Assembly: GCA_001780275.1 (NCBI GenBank)
Contig: MFGB01000016.1
Span: 92,161 to 156,160 of the forward strand
Source: Candidatus Falkowbacteria bacterium RIFOXYA2_FULL_47_19
GTDB lineage: Bacteria > Patescibacteriota > Patescibacteriia > Patescibacteriales > UBA12075
Direction of reading: 5' to 3'
Length of the DNA stretch: 64,000 nucleotides
Part shown: one piece after another, positions 8,133 through 18,176 of the stretch
Position numbering within the stretch: the first letter of the stretch is position 1
How the letters are laid out: each line of letters starts with the position of its first letter
Notes under the pieces: model-generated
Told to the model about the DNA's origin: nothing
The model's input: the letters and a program-made list of their open reading frames with translations, nothing else
Databases searched by the model: none
Made by a program: the position numbers and the translations under genes

Positions 8133-11100
8133 TCAATGAGTCTTCTCGTGGTCTTTCCGGCAGAGGGCGACGAACATGATCGGAACGATATACAGGGTCA
8201 GGATCGTAGAGGCGACCAGGCCGAAAGACAAAGACAGGGAAAAGCCGCGCCAAAGTTCATTGGACCAAATTAGAGGGAAGACGCCGGCTATGGTGGTCAG
8301 GGAGGTAAGAAAAATCGGTTGCATGCGGGAGATGCCGGCCTCGACGATCGCTTCGGCAAGTTCAAGTCCGTCTTCGATATTCTTGTTTATACGATCAATA
8401 AGGACGATCGCGTCGTTGACGACGATGCCGGCCAAGGACACGATGCCGATAAAGGCCAGGAAAGAGAAGGGTTGGCCGAAAACGAGGAGGCCGAAGACCA
8501 CCCCGACAATAGCCAGGGGCAGGGAAAATAGGATTATGAACGGCTGTTTAAAGGAATTAAACTGCAGGACCAGGATAAAGGCGATAAGGATTACGGCCAA
8601 TCCCAGGGACATGAAAGTTTCCCGGAAAGATTTTTCGATGTCTTCGACCTCACCCCCGACCTTGATCGAAAAATTCGGCGGCAGTTCGATTGACGTTCTT
8701 TTCTTTTCGAAGTCGTCAAGGATCTTCTGGAGATTGGCGCCCTCCTTTATGTCAGCGCTGACGGCCGCGTATTTCGCTCCGTCCCGGTGCTGGATAGAGA
8801 GAAGGGCCGGGTTAAAACTGACGCTGGCGACATCTTTCACGGCGATGTATCCACGCGGAGATGGCAGGAGCACTTTTTCAAGATCGTCGACGCCTTTGAA
8901 TTCGTTTTGGTCGTATTTTACCGTTATATCGACATCATCGCCCTCAAGGTTTATCTCGGTCGCGGCATTGCCGAAAAGGCTGGTCCGCAAGGTGGAGGCG
9001 ACGGTAACCATATCAAGGCCGTAATAATCGGCTTTTTGCCTGTCGATCTCGAAAGTGAATTCACCGGCGGCGTCCTCGATATTATCCTTGACATTGAAAA
9101 TATCCGGATTGCCCGCCAATATTTTTTTGATTTTGCCGGCTGTGTCCGTCAAGCCTTCGAGTGTATCCCCGAAGATCCGCACTTCGATCGGGGCGCCGGT
9201 CGGCGGTCCGGCCGAAAGTTCTTCCACGGTAACCTCACCTCCCTGAATCGCGGTAATTTCACCGCGGATCGAATCGGCGATCTCGTAGCTTTTCCGGTCG
9301 CGCAAATCTTTCTCGACCAGGTTTACGGTTATGCCGCCTAAGTTTTCACCCGCTTTTCCGCCCTCGCCCGGATTAACGGATTGGCTCTGGCCGATGTTAA
9401 CGACGTAATTGTCCATCTCCGGGATGGCATTGACGATTTTTTCTGCTTCCCGGACGACCGGACGCGTCAAAGCTAGGGTGGAACCGGCCGGCAATTTTAC
9501 GCTGACAAGGAAATAATCGAGATCGACCTTAGGGAACATTTCGATTTTCATGAAACCGGCGGCCGGTATGCCGACGGCTATGAGAAAAGCCGCGGCGGCG
9601 ATAGCGAGAGAGAGGCGCCTTTTCGCCTTGCTTATAAGCACGCCCTGAAGAAATGGCCCGTAAAAGCCGTGGATCTTAAAAAACAGACCGTCGAAAAAAC
9701 GGTGCCGTTTTTTATTCCGATGGGATCCGTCCGCCGTTTTGATCTTTATGAAGCGGGCGGCTAAAACCGGCACGACGACCAAGGCTACGAAAAGCGAGGA
9801 AATAAGCGTCACGGTGATCGTTTTGGGCAAGACCGAAATATATTGTCCGAGAATGCCGGAAACCAGGAGCATGGGCAGGAAAGCCGCCACAGTCGTCATG
9901 GTTCCGGAAGTGATAGCCCATTTAAAATTCCAGACCGACAGAAGCGCGGCCTCCGCGACGGTTTTTTTATGGCGGGTAACGTATTCGTTGATGCCCTCGA
10001 TGATGACGATCGAGTTATCGACCATAAGACCCAAAGAAAGAACGAGGGAAAAAAGCACCATCGAATTAAGGGTCAGGCCTTCGAGTTTCAGGAACATGAA
10101 AGCCATAAGAAAGGCCATCGGTACGGATAAAGCCGTGATGACCGCTCCGCGGAAGCTTAAGACCAGCATCAGGATTAAGGTTATAAGTATCATGGTCTGA
10201 ATGCCGTTAGCTCCCAAGGTGTTCAAATCTTCTTTGATGAAGACGGAATTGTCGTTGGTTTTCTGAATCTTGAGATCGGACGGCAGAACGCCCTTGGCGT
10301 AAAGATCATCGATTTCTTCGCGGGTATTGTCGACAATATCAAGGATATTGCCCCCGGTCCGCTTATAGACCAAGAGCGAAACAGTATCTTCGGCCGGCAC
10401 GTCCCGGAAGCCGATTTTCGATTCGGTTTTTTTGTCTTTGAACGCATCTTCGATCCGTCCGAGATCCTTAAGGAAGACCGGGGAGCCGTCTTGAGTGGCG
10501 ACGACTATATCATAAAGATCGGTAACGCTTTTGAAACGCCCCTTTACCCGGACGTCATAGTTGAAATCATCAATGCCTATATTGCCCGCCGGAAGGCTCA
10601 CGTTGGCGCGGCCGACGGCCGCCACCACCTGTCCTAACGATAGTCCGTAGTTCGACAGTTTCGTCTGGTCGACCGCTATCCGGAATTCCCGGGTAAGGCC
10701 GCCGGAGACGACGACTTTCGATACGTCCTTGACGTTCTCCAAAGCCTCTTCAAGGTCGTCGGCGATTTTTTTTAAAGCGACTTCGTCATACTGAGCTCCG
10801 ACCAGGGAATAGGTCACGATCGGCATATCAGTGAAGTTTATCTCCGTTACGATCGGCGTTTCCGCGTCCGTCGGCAGTTCCGCTTCGGCATTGTTGGCCG
10901 CCTCCCTAAGCTTGCGGAAACTTTCATCCAGATCGGCTTCGGCTTCGTATTCCACGAAAACGCTCGATACGCCTTGTCCGGAAGTAGAGCTGTATAATTT
11001 GACGTTTTCCAGGTTCTTTATCTCATCTTCTATTTTTCTGGTCACGAGTTCTTCGATATCGACCGGGTTGGCGCCGGGATAAATCGTCGTCACGACGGCG

Positions 11101-11309
11101 TAGGGGATGCGGATTTCGGGTTCCGCCTCTCTCGGCAAGGTGAACATCGCGAAAACGCCGGCTAAGACCAGGCCCGATATCACCAGATAGGTAATACGGT
11201 AATTGATGATCAGAAAGCCCAAAACCGACCGCTTGGTGTCATTAACGGCCGCGTCCAGCTTTTTTGTTTGCCTCTGTTTATGTTCTTCGTTATTTACTGC
11301 TGATTCCAT
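8133..11309 (-). CDS. Efflux RND transporter permease subunit (AcrB/MexB-like, HAE1 family)
   Basis: The 1058-aa product has the 12-TM architecture with two large periplasmic loops and shows AcrB-type conserved segments. Confidence 0.9.
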   Translation of the reverse strand: MESAVNNEEHKQRQTKKLDAAVNDTKRSVLGFLIINYRITYLVISGLVLAGVFAMFTLPREAEPEIRIPYAVVTTIYPGANPVDIEELVTRKIEDEIKNLENVKLYSSTSGQGVSSVFVEYEAEADLDESFRKLREAANNAEAELPTDAETPIVTEINFTDMPIVTYSLVGAQYDEVALKKIADDLEEALENVKDVSKVVVSGGLTREFRIAVDQTKLSNYGLSLGQVVAAVGRANVSLPAGNIGIDDFNYDVRVKGRFKSVTDLYDIVVATQDGSPVFLKDLGRIEDAFKDKKTESKIGFRDVPAEDTVSLLVYKRTGGNILDIVDNTREEIDDLYAKGVLPSDLKIQKTNDNSVFIKEDLNTLGANGIQTMILITLILMLVLSFRGAVITALSVPMAFLMAFMFLKLEGLTLNSMVLFSLVLSLGLMVDNSIVIIEGINEYVTRHKKTVAEAALLSVWNFKWAITSGTMTTVAAFLPMLLVSGILGQYISVLPKTITVTLISSLFVALVVVPVLAARFIKIKTADGSHRNKKRHRFFDGLFFKIHGFYGPFLQGVLISKAKRRLSLAIAAAAFLIAVGIPAAGFMKIEMFPKVDLDYFLVSVKLPAGSTLALTRPVVREAEKIVNAIPEMDNYVVNIGQSQSVNPGEGGKAGENLGGITVNLVEKDLRDRKSYEIADSIRGEITAIQGGEVTVEELSAGPPTGAPIEVRIFGDTLEGLTDTAGKIKKILAGNPDIFNVKDNIEDAAGEFTFEIDRQKADYYGLDMVTVASTLRTSLFGNAATEINLEGDDVDITVKYDQNEFKGVDDLEKVLLPSPRGYIAVKDVASVSFNPALLSIQHRDGAKYAAVSADIKEGANLQKILDDFEKKRTSIELPPNFSIKVGGEVEDIEKSFRETFMSLGLAVILIAFILVLQFNSFKQPFIILFSLPLAIVGVVFGLLVFGQPFSFLAFIGIVSLAGIVVNDAIVLIDRINKNIEDGLELAEAIVEAGISRMQPIFLTSLTTIAGVFPLIWSNELWRGFSLSLSFGLVASTILTLYIVPIMFVALCRKDHEKTH

Positions 11310-11388
11310 GTTTGAGTTGAATTTTTTAATTAAATGACAATTTCCGATCCGAATAAATCCGGATACCCCGAAAAATAATGCGTAAGAC

Positions 11389-13242
11389 TTAATCTGTTAT
11401 CTTCACTTCGTCGCCGTCAATAAGATTCTTGGCGCCGTCAACGGCCAGCGTATCCCCCCGATTAAGACCGCTTAAAACTTCTATAAACTCTGCTTCGGTT
11501 TTTCCCAGAATAACAGGTGTTTTTACGGCCCGATCATCCTTAATTACGAACACATAGCTTTCCGTTTGGGTTACGGTAACTGTTTTTAACGGTACGTAAA
11601 TCGATTCCGCGCCGGTTTTGACGGGAATAACTATGTCAACAAAGGTTTCCTGGATAAGTTCCCCGTTCTTATTGTCGAACACGATTTCCAGCTTCACTTT
11701 CCGGGTAACGGGGTCGGCGGCCGGGTCGATTGACGAGACGACCGCCTTAAGTTCGTTGCCGATGATCGCTTCCTGGCCGATCGCGATCCGATAGATATCT
11801 TCGGAGGGCAGGCTGGTTTCTATTTTCATCATCTCGGCCTGGCTGATCTGGGCGATCGGTTGTCCGGGATTCATTTCCGCGCCGATATCGACATACTTAG
11901 CGGTAATAACGCCGGAAATAGGAGCTTTTACGGAGAGATCTCCGGCCGCTACCCGAGCGAGATTAAGCTGGCTGCGGGCCCCATCCAGGGCGGTTTGGGC
12001 GGAAAGAACCTGATTTTCGGATAAAAGGCGCGCGTTTTCCTCTCCGACAAGCGAGTTGCTGAAGGCGGTTTTGGCGGAAGTCAGGCGGTTATTGGCGGTA
12101 TTAAGAGCGCTCACTAAAGCGTCCCGTTCCTGCGTATTGATGAGGCTGAGGTTTTCCAGGGCCTGTCTGGTGGCGCCGGCGGCGGTCTGAGCACCGACGA
12201 TATTCGCCCGCAGGCCGGAAAAGCTGTTTTTCTGGGCCGCCAAAGCGCTGTCGGGAAATTCCGCGCTTGTGATCGTATTGTCGAGGACGGCTATGGTGCC
12301 GTCAACAAGCTGTTTCGTCAAAGCCAGAGCGTCCGAAAGCGCGGCCATTGCGGAAGTGATCGTGTCTTCGGCGGGGGACAGATCGTTTAAAGACAGGTAA
12401 GATTTTTTAAGTTTCAAATAGTCTTGTTTTGCCGCGCTTAAGCTGGACATATCTTTGACGCCGAGAATATTCTCGACTCCCGGCAGCTGAAGACTGCCTT
12501 CCGCCTTGATCAGATAATTAACCTGGTCGAGAGCGCTCCAGATAGTGTTTAGGTGGCCGTTAAAGGCGATAACGGCGTTATGTTTAGTGTCTTCATCGCC
12601 CTTCCCTCTTAGCGCGTCATAGTTTAAAAGGTTGTTGTTGGCGGCTTCTGCCGCGATCTCCGCCGCCGCCACCCCCTCTCTGGCCGTATCCACCCCGAGG
12701 CTTGCCTGGCGAAGGCTTTGCTCGGTCATGCTTCGACTTAAGATCAGGCTGCTTTGGAGATTCGCGAAATTATTTTCGGCATTGATCAGGTTCGTTAGGA
12801 CGGTATTGTCGTTAAGCGAAGCCAGGATACCCCCGGCGAATACCCGGTCCCCGACCGCAAAAGTCAGATTTTTTATCGTTCCGCCCGCCAACGCGACCAC
12901 GTCTATTTTTGAATCGGCCTTTACGGTTCCGACGGCTTTGATGGCTGTGCGATTTTCCCTATCCAGGGTCATGGTTTTAATTTCCTTTGCCCGTGGATCA
13001 GTAAGGGGCTCTTCCGGTTCGCTTTGTTTTCCGTATTTTGCGGCCGCCCAGATCCCTCCCAATATCAAAAAAAGCAGTAAAGCGGCCGCAATCGAAAAAC
13101 GGCGCCTGGGCCGGAGTAATTTTTTTATTTTATCTCCGAGTTTAGGGCGGGGGACGATCGTGTCAGCAACCGCCGCAATTGAATTCTTCAAGCTCATAAT
13201 GTTGCTTATAAAAAAGTCAGCTAATTCCGTTTTAACTGACAA
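11389..13242 (-). CDS. Efflux RND transporter periplasmic adaptor subunit (HlyD/membrane-fusion family) with long coiled coil
   Basis: The product has an N-terminal TM helix, a long coiled-coil/alpha-hairpin region and a C-terminal beta-barrel motif. The gene lies immediately upstream of, and co-oriented with, the RND permease. Confidence 0.8.
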   Translation of the reverse strand: MSVKTELADFFISNIMSLKNSIAAVADTIVPRPKLGDKIKKLLRPRRRFSIAAALLLFLILGGIWAAAKYGKQSEPEEPLTDPRAKEIKTMTLDRENRTAIKAVGTVKADSKIDVVALAGGTIKNLTFAVGDRVFAGGILASLNDNTVLTNLINAENNFANLQSSLILSRSMTEQSLRQASLGVDTAREGVAAAEIAAEAANNNLLNYDALRGKGDEDTKHNAVIAFNGHLNTIWSALDQVNYLIKAEGSLQLPGVENILGVKDMSSLSAAKQDYLKLKKSYLSLNDLSPAEDTITSAMAALSDALALTKQLVDGTIAVLDNTITSAEFPDSALAAQKNSFSGLRANIVGAQTAAGATRQALENLSLINTQERDALVSALNTANNRLTSAKTAFSNSLVGEENARLLSENQVLSAQTALDGARSQLNLARVAAGDLSVKAPISGVITAKYVDIGAEMNPGQPIAQISQAEMMKIETSLPSEDIYRIAIGQEAIIGNELKAVVSSIDPAADPVTRKVKLEIVFDNKNGELIQETFVDIVIPVKTGAESIYVPLKTVTVTQTESYVFVIKDDRAVKTPVILGKTEAEFIEVLSGLNRGDTLAVDGAKNLIDGDEVKITD

Positions 13243-13396
13243 AAATTAATGAAAAATTAACTTAAACCGATTAAAGGTATTTTTTGGATACTCATGCTAT
13301 TTAATCATACATATTAGCTAAAGTCAAGTGTATGTTTTTTTTGGAGTTTACTAATCCGCGGAATTATTGTAAAATAATTATATACCCATAAAACCG

Positions 13397-14536
13397 ATGA
13401 TAAATTTTATTTTAAAATTATCCGATAAGATCCTTTTGACGGTCTTCCTGTTCGCAACCGGTTTGATCCTGTCAGTCGTTTTTTTTATAGGCGGATTGCC
13501 GGAGCAGATATTGATATTGGGCGAGCTTATATATATTTTCGTGTTTTTAGTGACCCTTACGATCAGCCGTACCCTGACGAAGCGCCTTCGGAGCCTGACA
13601 TTCGAAGTGGAGGAGATGGCGGCCGGAAACCTTTCCAAAAGGCTGCCGGTAGATAATAAAGACGAGATCGGCCAGCTGACAAGCGCGTTAAACGAGCTTT
13701 TAGTGAGACTCCAGACCGGCGTAGCGCAGGATGTCACTAAACACCGGGAAATCGCGCAAGCCAAAACGGACTTCGTGGCGATCGCCTCGCACCAGCTTCG
13801 CACCCCGCTTTCGATCGTAAAATGGTACGTTGATTATGTCGTTTCCGGCGACGCCGGCGAACTCAACCCCGAGCAAACTAAATATCTGCGGGAAGTTTAT
13901 CGGAGCAACGAACGCCTGATCGACCTGGTTAACGCGCTTTTGGATGTTTCCCGCATTGATCTGGGGACTTTTTCGATCGAACCGGAACCGACCGATCTGA
14001 TCGGCCGGGCGGAGAGCGCGCTTAAGAAATTCCTGCCCGAAATTGAATCGAAAAAGATCAATCTGGAAAAGGAGTATGACAGCCTGCCGGAAATAAATTT
14101 AGATCCGCGATTGACCAAGATCGTTTTCGAGAATATCCTCTCGAATGCCGTCAAATATACGCCGGAGAACGGAACTATCCGCGTAGCGATCAAAAAGACC
14201 GAGCATCAGGCGCTTATAAAGATCTCCGATACGGGCTGCGGCATTCCCCGGTCGGAACAGCCGAAGATCTTCACGAAACTTTTCCGGGCGGAAAACGCGA
14301 AGAAAATGGAGTCGGCCGGCACCGGCCTCGGGCTTTATATCTCCAAGGCGGTCATCGAAAAATCCGGAGGGAAGATATGGTTCCAGTCGCCCAGCCTCGA
14401 GCTCCTGCTCAATAAGCCGAATCCGTCGCGCCCGATCGACCAGGAGAATAAAGGCACTACTTTTTTCATTACCATACCTCTTCGGGGTATGAAAAAGAAG
14501 GTCGGGATCAAGAAATTAATGAGCGTGGAAAGATAA
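13397..14536 (+). CDS. Sensor histidine kinase (TM, HAMP, HisKA and HATPase_c domains)
   Basis: H-box IASHQLRTPL, and the N, G1 and G2 boxes (NAVKYT, DTGCGIP, GTGLGLYISK). Confidence 0.85.
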   Translation: MINFILKLSDKILLTVFLFATGLILSVVFFIGGLPEQILILGELIYIFVFLVTLTISRTLTKRLRSLTFEVEEMAAGNLSKRLPVDNKDEIGQLTSALNELLVRLQTGVAQDVTKHREIAQAKTDFVAIASHQLRTPLSIVKWYVDYVVSGDAGELNPEQTKYLREVYRSNERLIDLVNALLDVSRIDLGTFSIEPEPTDLIGRAESALKKFLPEIESKKINLEKEYDSLPEINLDPRLTKIVFENILSNAVKYTPENGTIRVAIKKTEHQALIKISDTGCGIPRSEQPKIFTKLFRAENAKKMESAGTGLGLYISKAVIEKSGGKIWFQSPSLELLLNKPNPSRPIDQENKGTTFFITIPLRGMKKKVGIKKLMSVER

Positions 14537-14568
14537 CCGATCACTAGAAATTTAAATCATAAAACAAT

Positions 14569-14961
14569 ATGGACAAAAAAAGACACATTCTAATCGTAGA
14601 GGACGAAGCGGCTATGCTGGCGGCTTTGACGGATAAATTCGAAGCCGCCGGATATGAAGTATCCCAGGCTTGCGACGGAGAAGAGGGTTATAAGGCGGCA
14701 ATGGAAAAAAAGCCGGACATAATGCTCCTGGACGTGATCATGCCGAAAATGGATGGCATCTCTCTCTTGAAAAAGATCAGGGGGGACGTGAAGTGGGGAG
14801 GCTCCGTGCCCATTATTATGCTTACAAATTTAAGCGATCCGACCAACGTTTCGGAGGCGGCCAGATACCAGGTGTATGATTTTCTGGTTAAAACCGATTG
14901 GCGCCTGGATGACGTGGTAAAGTTGGCGGATGAAAAAATCATCCTTGACAAAAACGATTAA
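14569..14961 (+). CDS. Single-domain response regulator (CheY-like receiver only)
   Basis: ILIVEDE...DIMLLDVIMPKMDG...K; the 130-aa product has no output domain. Confidence 0.85.
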   Translation: MDKKRHILIVEDEAAMLAALTDKFEAAGYEVSQACDGEEGYKAAMEKKPDIMLLDVIMPKMDGISLLKKIRGDVKWGGSVPIIMLTNLSDPTNVSEAARYQVYDFLVKTDWRLDDVVKLADEKIILDKND

Positions 14962-15266
14962 TCTGCTTATAATGTCCGAGTGGTATTATATTTTTAGAAT
15001 AATGAAATTCATAATTTCTTCATTAAATTAATCTGTAGTAACAGTAAAGGCCTTGCCCCTCTGTTGCCAGAAGCGTAAACTATGATTTTTGATCCTGAAA
15101 AAGCCGGAATAAGCTTTCTTAAGATTTTCGTTATCCAATTCGTGGCGATAGGCATAATCGTCGGGCTTTTGATACTAATATAACCGGTAACCTGATATAA
15201 TAAATGCGGACTGGCCGTAGCTTATAGGGGAGCGGTTCGCATTATTTTTATTTAAAGAACGATTTT

Positions 15267-15806
15267 ATGGATATCAAGAGATTTGTTGTCGGAGAAATCG
15301 CGACTAATTGCTATCTCGTAAGTTCCGCCGGGGAAGCGGCAGTGATCGATCCGGGGGATAACGGCGAATTGATCTTGGAAGAAATAAAAAAAGCGCGCGT
15401 AAAACTCGTTTATGTAATAAATACCCATGGCCACTTCGATCATGTTTTGGCGGACGAGTACCTTAAGAAAGCCACTGGCGCGAAAATTCTTATACATGAA
15501 GCGGAAAAGATCCTTATAGATTTTCCGGCGGACCGATATCTTTCCGACGGCGACGTTATCGTGATCGGGGGTGTTGAATTAAAGGTTCTTCATACTCCCG
15601 GCCATACGCCCGGAGGAATCTGCCTCCTGGGAGACGGTTTTATTTTTACGGGAGATACTCTGTTCCTTAACGGCATCGGACGGACGGATTTTGAATGGAG
15701 CTCAGAGACCGATATGGAAGCGTCTTTAAAGCGCTTGGGGGATATTATAAAACCGGGTATGGCGATTTATCCGGGGCACGGGGATTGTGCGATGTTTAAA
15801 AGATGA
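15267..15806 (+). CDS. MBL-fold metallo-hydrolase (glyoxalase II-like)
   Basis: The metal-binding motif INTHGHFDHV and a downstream HTPGHTPG motif. Confidence 0.8.
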   Translation: MDIKRFVVGEIATNCYLVSSAGEAAVIDPGDNGELILEEIKKARVKLVYVINTHGHFDHVLADEYLKKATGAKILIHEAEKILIDFPADRYLSDGDVIVIGGVELKVLHTPGHTPGGICLLGDGFIFTGDTLFLNGIGRTDFEWSSETDMEASLKRLGDIIKPGMAIYPGHGDCAMFKR

Positions 15807-15846
15807 TCCGTTAGGGCCATAGCCGCTACGGAAGAATAAAATCAAA

Positions 15847-15871
15847 GCAGACTATTATAGTCTGTTTTTTA
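15847..15871 (+). terminator. Rho-independent terminator
   Basis: cagact-attat-agtctg followed by tttttt. Confidence 0.6.
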
Positions 15872-16025
15872 TTATCCAAAACCGTTTTTGGTACTCTAAT
15901 ATTCGGGATTGATCACGCGGACGTAACAAAGCTCCGGCGGATTTGTATTATATTACGGCGCGTATTTTTTGCGAAAGCGCCGATATTAATTATTAAAGCG
16001 CCTGGAGCGCGATTTTTAAAAAACT

Positions 16026-17465
16026 ATGAACAAAATCCTATCCATCTTTAAAAGGAAAGATCTTTTAAAGGTTCTTCTCGTCGGCGTCGGCATTCTGGCC
16101 GGCGGCGGATTTTTTTATGCCGTAAAGGCCGATCAGATCCAATATACCTATTATTCCGATGCGGACGGCGATGGCTATGGAGTTACCTCAACCACCACCT
16201 TGGCCACGGAACCGCCCGCCGGCTATGCCCGTAACGGCGGCGATTGCGCCGATACCGTAGCCGCGATAAATCCCGGCGCGGCCGAAGTCTGCGACAATAT
16301 CGACAACGATTGCGACGGATATGTGGATGAAAATGTCCTAATCACCTATTACCGCGATTTTGACGGCGACGGTTACGGATTAACCTCGAGCACCACCCAG
16401 GCCTGCTCCGTTCCGTCCGGATATGCAACGAATCAAACGGATTGCAACGACAGCAATGCGGATATAAAACCGGGCGCGGCCGAAGCCTGCGACAATATCG
16501 ATAACGACTGCGACGGTTCGATCGACGAGAACTGCGATCTTAATACTTACTACCGGGATGCCGATAACGATACGTACGGCAATCCCGGCCAGGCCACGAC
16601 AAGCTACGGCAGCGCGCCCTCAGGATACGTCAGTAATAATAATGATTGCAATGACACGAAAGCGAATATCCATCCGAACGCGGCCGAAGCCTGCGACAAT
16701 ATCGATAACGACTGCGACGGTTCGATCGACGAGTACTGTGCCAGTATGAAAACATACTACCGCGATGCCGATGGGGATACATACGGCAATCCTTCCGTCT
16801 CCACCACGAGCTTAGAGGCTCCCTCCGGATACGTGAACAACGATCGGGACTGCAACGATACCAAGGGCAGCATCAGGCCGGGCGTGAGAGAGATCTGCGA
16901 CGGCATCGATAATAACTGCGACGGAACGGTGGACGAGAACATGGCATCGCGTACTTATTATTTCGATAACGACGCCGACGGTTTCGGTGGTACCGCCACC
17001 ACCAGCGACTGCCGGCTTCCATTGGGATACGTAACGAACAATAAGGATTGCAACGATTCGAACCGTTTGATATACCCGGGAGCCGTTGAAGTCAAGGATA
17101 ACGTCGATAATGACTGCGACGGAAAAACCGACGAAGATGAAGCGGCGAACGCCTCGGAGATCTGCCCATATTTAGGCGATAACCGCCTCGGTACTTTCGT
17201 GAGCTGCGTGAATCATTACCTTAACAAACTCAAGGCGGAAGGCGAACTCGAGAATCCGGAGAAAGCCAGGATCTTAAAGGGATTGATCCAGAAGATCAAA
17301 GAGGTAATAAAGACGGAGAAAGTTGAAGATAAGGCCGAAAAAAAAGAGATAAAAAAGGAAATTAAGGATAAAAAAGAGGAAATAAGCGGGATAAGGGGAG
17401 GGATCAAGGATTTGAAAGAAAAATTTTCCGGCAGTTTTAAAAAGAAAGGGTCCTGCGGAGAATAG
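16026..17465 (+). CDS. Secreted/membrane-anchored protein with six tandem MopE-like Cys-rich putative metal-binding repeats and a Lys/Glu-rich C-terminus
   Basis: An N-terminal signal/anchor is followed by 6 repeats of YYRDADGDGYG...DCND...I.PGA.E.CDNIDNDCDG.IDE (about 68 aa each). An exact 54-bp DNA repeat occurs at 16476-16529 and 16680-16733. Confidence 0.7.
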   Translation: MNKILSIFKRKDLLKVLLVGVGILAGGGFFYAVKADQIQYTYYSDADGDGYGVTSTTTLATEPPAGYARNGGDCADTVAAINPGAAEVCDNIDNDCDGYVDENVLITYYRDFDGDGYGLTSSTTQACSVPSGYATNQTDCNDSNADIKPGAAEACDNIDNDCDGSIDENCDLNTYYRDADNDTYGNPGQATTSYGSAPSGYVSNNNDCNDTKANIHPNAAEACDNIDNDCDGSIDEYCASMKTYYRDADGDTYGNPSVSTTSLEAPSGYVNNDRDCNDTKGSIRPGVREICDGIDNNCDGTVDENMASRTYYFDNDADGFGGTATTSDCRLPLGYVTNNKDCNDSNRLIYPGAVEVKDNVDNDCDGKTDEDEAANASEICPYLGDNRLGTFVSCVNHYLNKLKAEGELENPEKARILKGLIQKIKEVIKTEKVEDKAEKKEIKKEIKDKKEEISGIRGGIKDLKEKFSGSFKKKGSCGE

Positions 17466-17484
17466 TCAGGCACCAGGGAAATAC

Positions 17485-17524
17485 AAAAGCGGTTTCGGCC
17501 TTCGGGACGGAATCGCTTTTGGCG
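17485..17524 (+). terminator. Terminator-like hairpin
   Basis: aaaagcg ... ccttcggg ... cgctttt nested hairpin followed by a short U tract. Confidence 0.4.
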
Positions 17525-17635
17525 TATTGATTTATCCTTAAAAACGAAGTAATATGGTCAAAAGCCATATACTCAATGCTTATTTAGCTGAATTAAAAAT
17601 AAATCCGAAATTTTCGTAACAAATTAGCGAATTTT

Positions 17636-18136
17636 TTGTATAATAATAAGGACATGGCCGGAGATTTCTTAAACTATTACAACCAGTATAAAGACAAGAT
17701 CTTTAATTATTTTTGGTACCGTCTGGATTTTAATCGGGCGTTATCCGAAGATATGACCCAGGATGTATTCTTTAAAGCCCTGGATAAGTTCGATTCTTTC
17801 GATCCGGAACGCTCCTTCCAGGCCTGGATATTCCGGATAGCGAAAAATCACCTGATAAACCATTATCGCGTAGCGCGGCGGGAAACCGCATTGACCGAGG
17901 CGGAAAGCCGGACGATTGACGCCGTGGAGAAACTTAATATCGATCTTGAACTGGAAGACGTTTTCCGAGCGATCAATGTTCTTCCGGAAAAATTCAGGGA
18001 AGTCCTTAGCCTGCGCTACGCTGATTCGCTCGATAACGGTGAAATAGCGTCGATCCTGGAAATCTCCGAGGGGACCGTCCGGACCCGTATTTGTCGGGCG
18101 CTGGAAATTCTCCGCAAGTCTTTAAAAAACCGTTGA
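17636..18136 (+). CDS. RNA polymerase sigma factor, ECF (sigma-70 group 4) family
   Basis: Region 2 motif (AWIFRIAKNHLINHYR) and a region 4 HTH (LRYADSLDNGEIASILEISEGTVRTRICRA). Confidence 0.85.
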   Translation: MYNNKDMAGDFLNYYNQYKDKIFNYFWYRLDFNRALSEDMTQDVFFKALDKFDSFDPERSFQAWIFRIAKNHLINHYRVARRETALTEAESRTIDAVEKLNIDLELEDVFRAINVLPEKFREVLSLRYADSLDNGEIASILEISEGTVRTRICRALEILRKSLKNR

Positions 18137-18176
18137 TCATTGATCGTTTCCGGAGTTTCCGGTTGACTTTAAATTT

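Noticed and set aside
8176-9024. 282-aa ORF on the plus strand
   Set aside because: It lies entirely antisense inside the RND permease gene, has a low-complexity Ser/Arg/Pro-rich product and no RBS. The same reasoning applies to 8319, 8787, 9739 and 9843.
12632-13249. 205-aa ORF on the plus strand
   Set aside because: It is antisense within the RND adaptor gene. Ala/Ser/Arg-rich composition is typical of a shadow ORF.
15081-15182. 33-aa hydrophobic small ORF (MIFDPEKAGISFLKIFVIQFVAIGIIVGLLILI) in the 300-bp spacer before the MBL hydrolase
   Set aside because: No convincing RBS, and a single copy. It could be a real micro-protein but cannot be supported from sequence alone.
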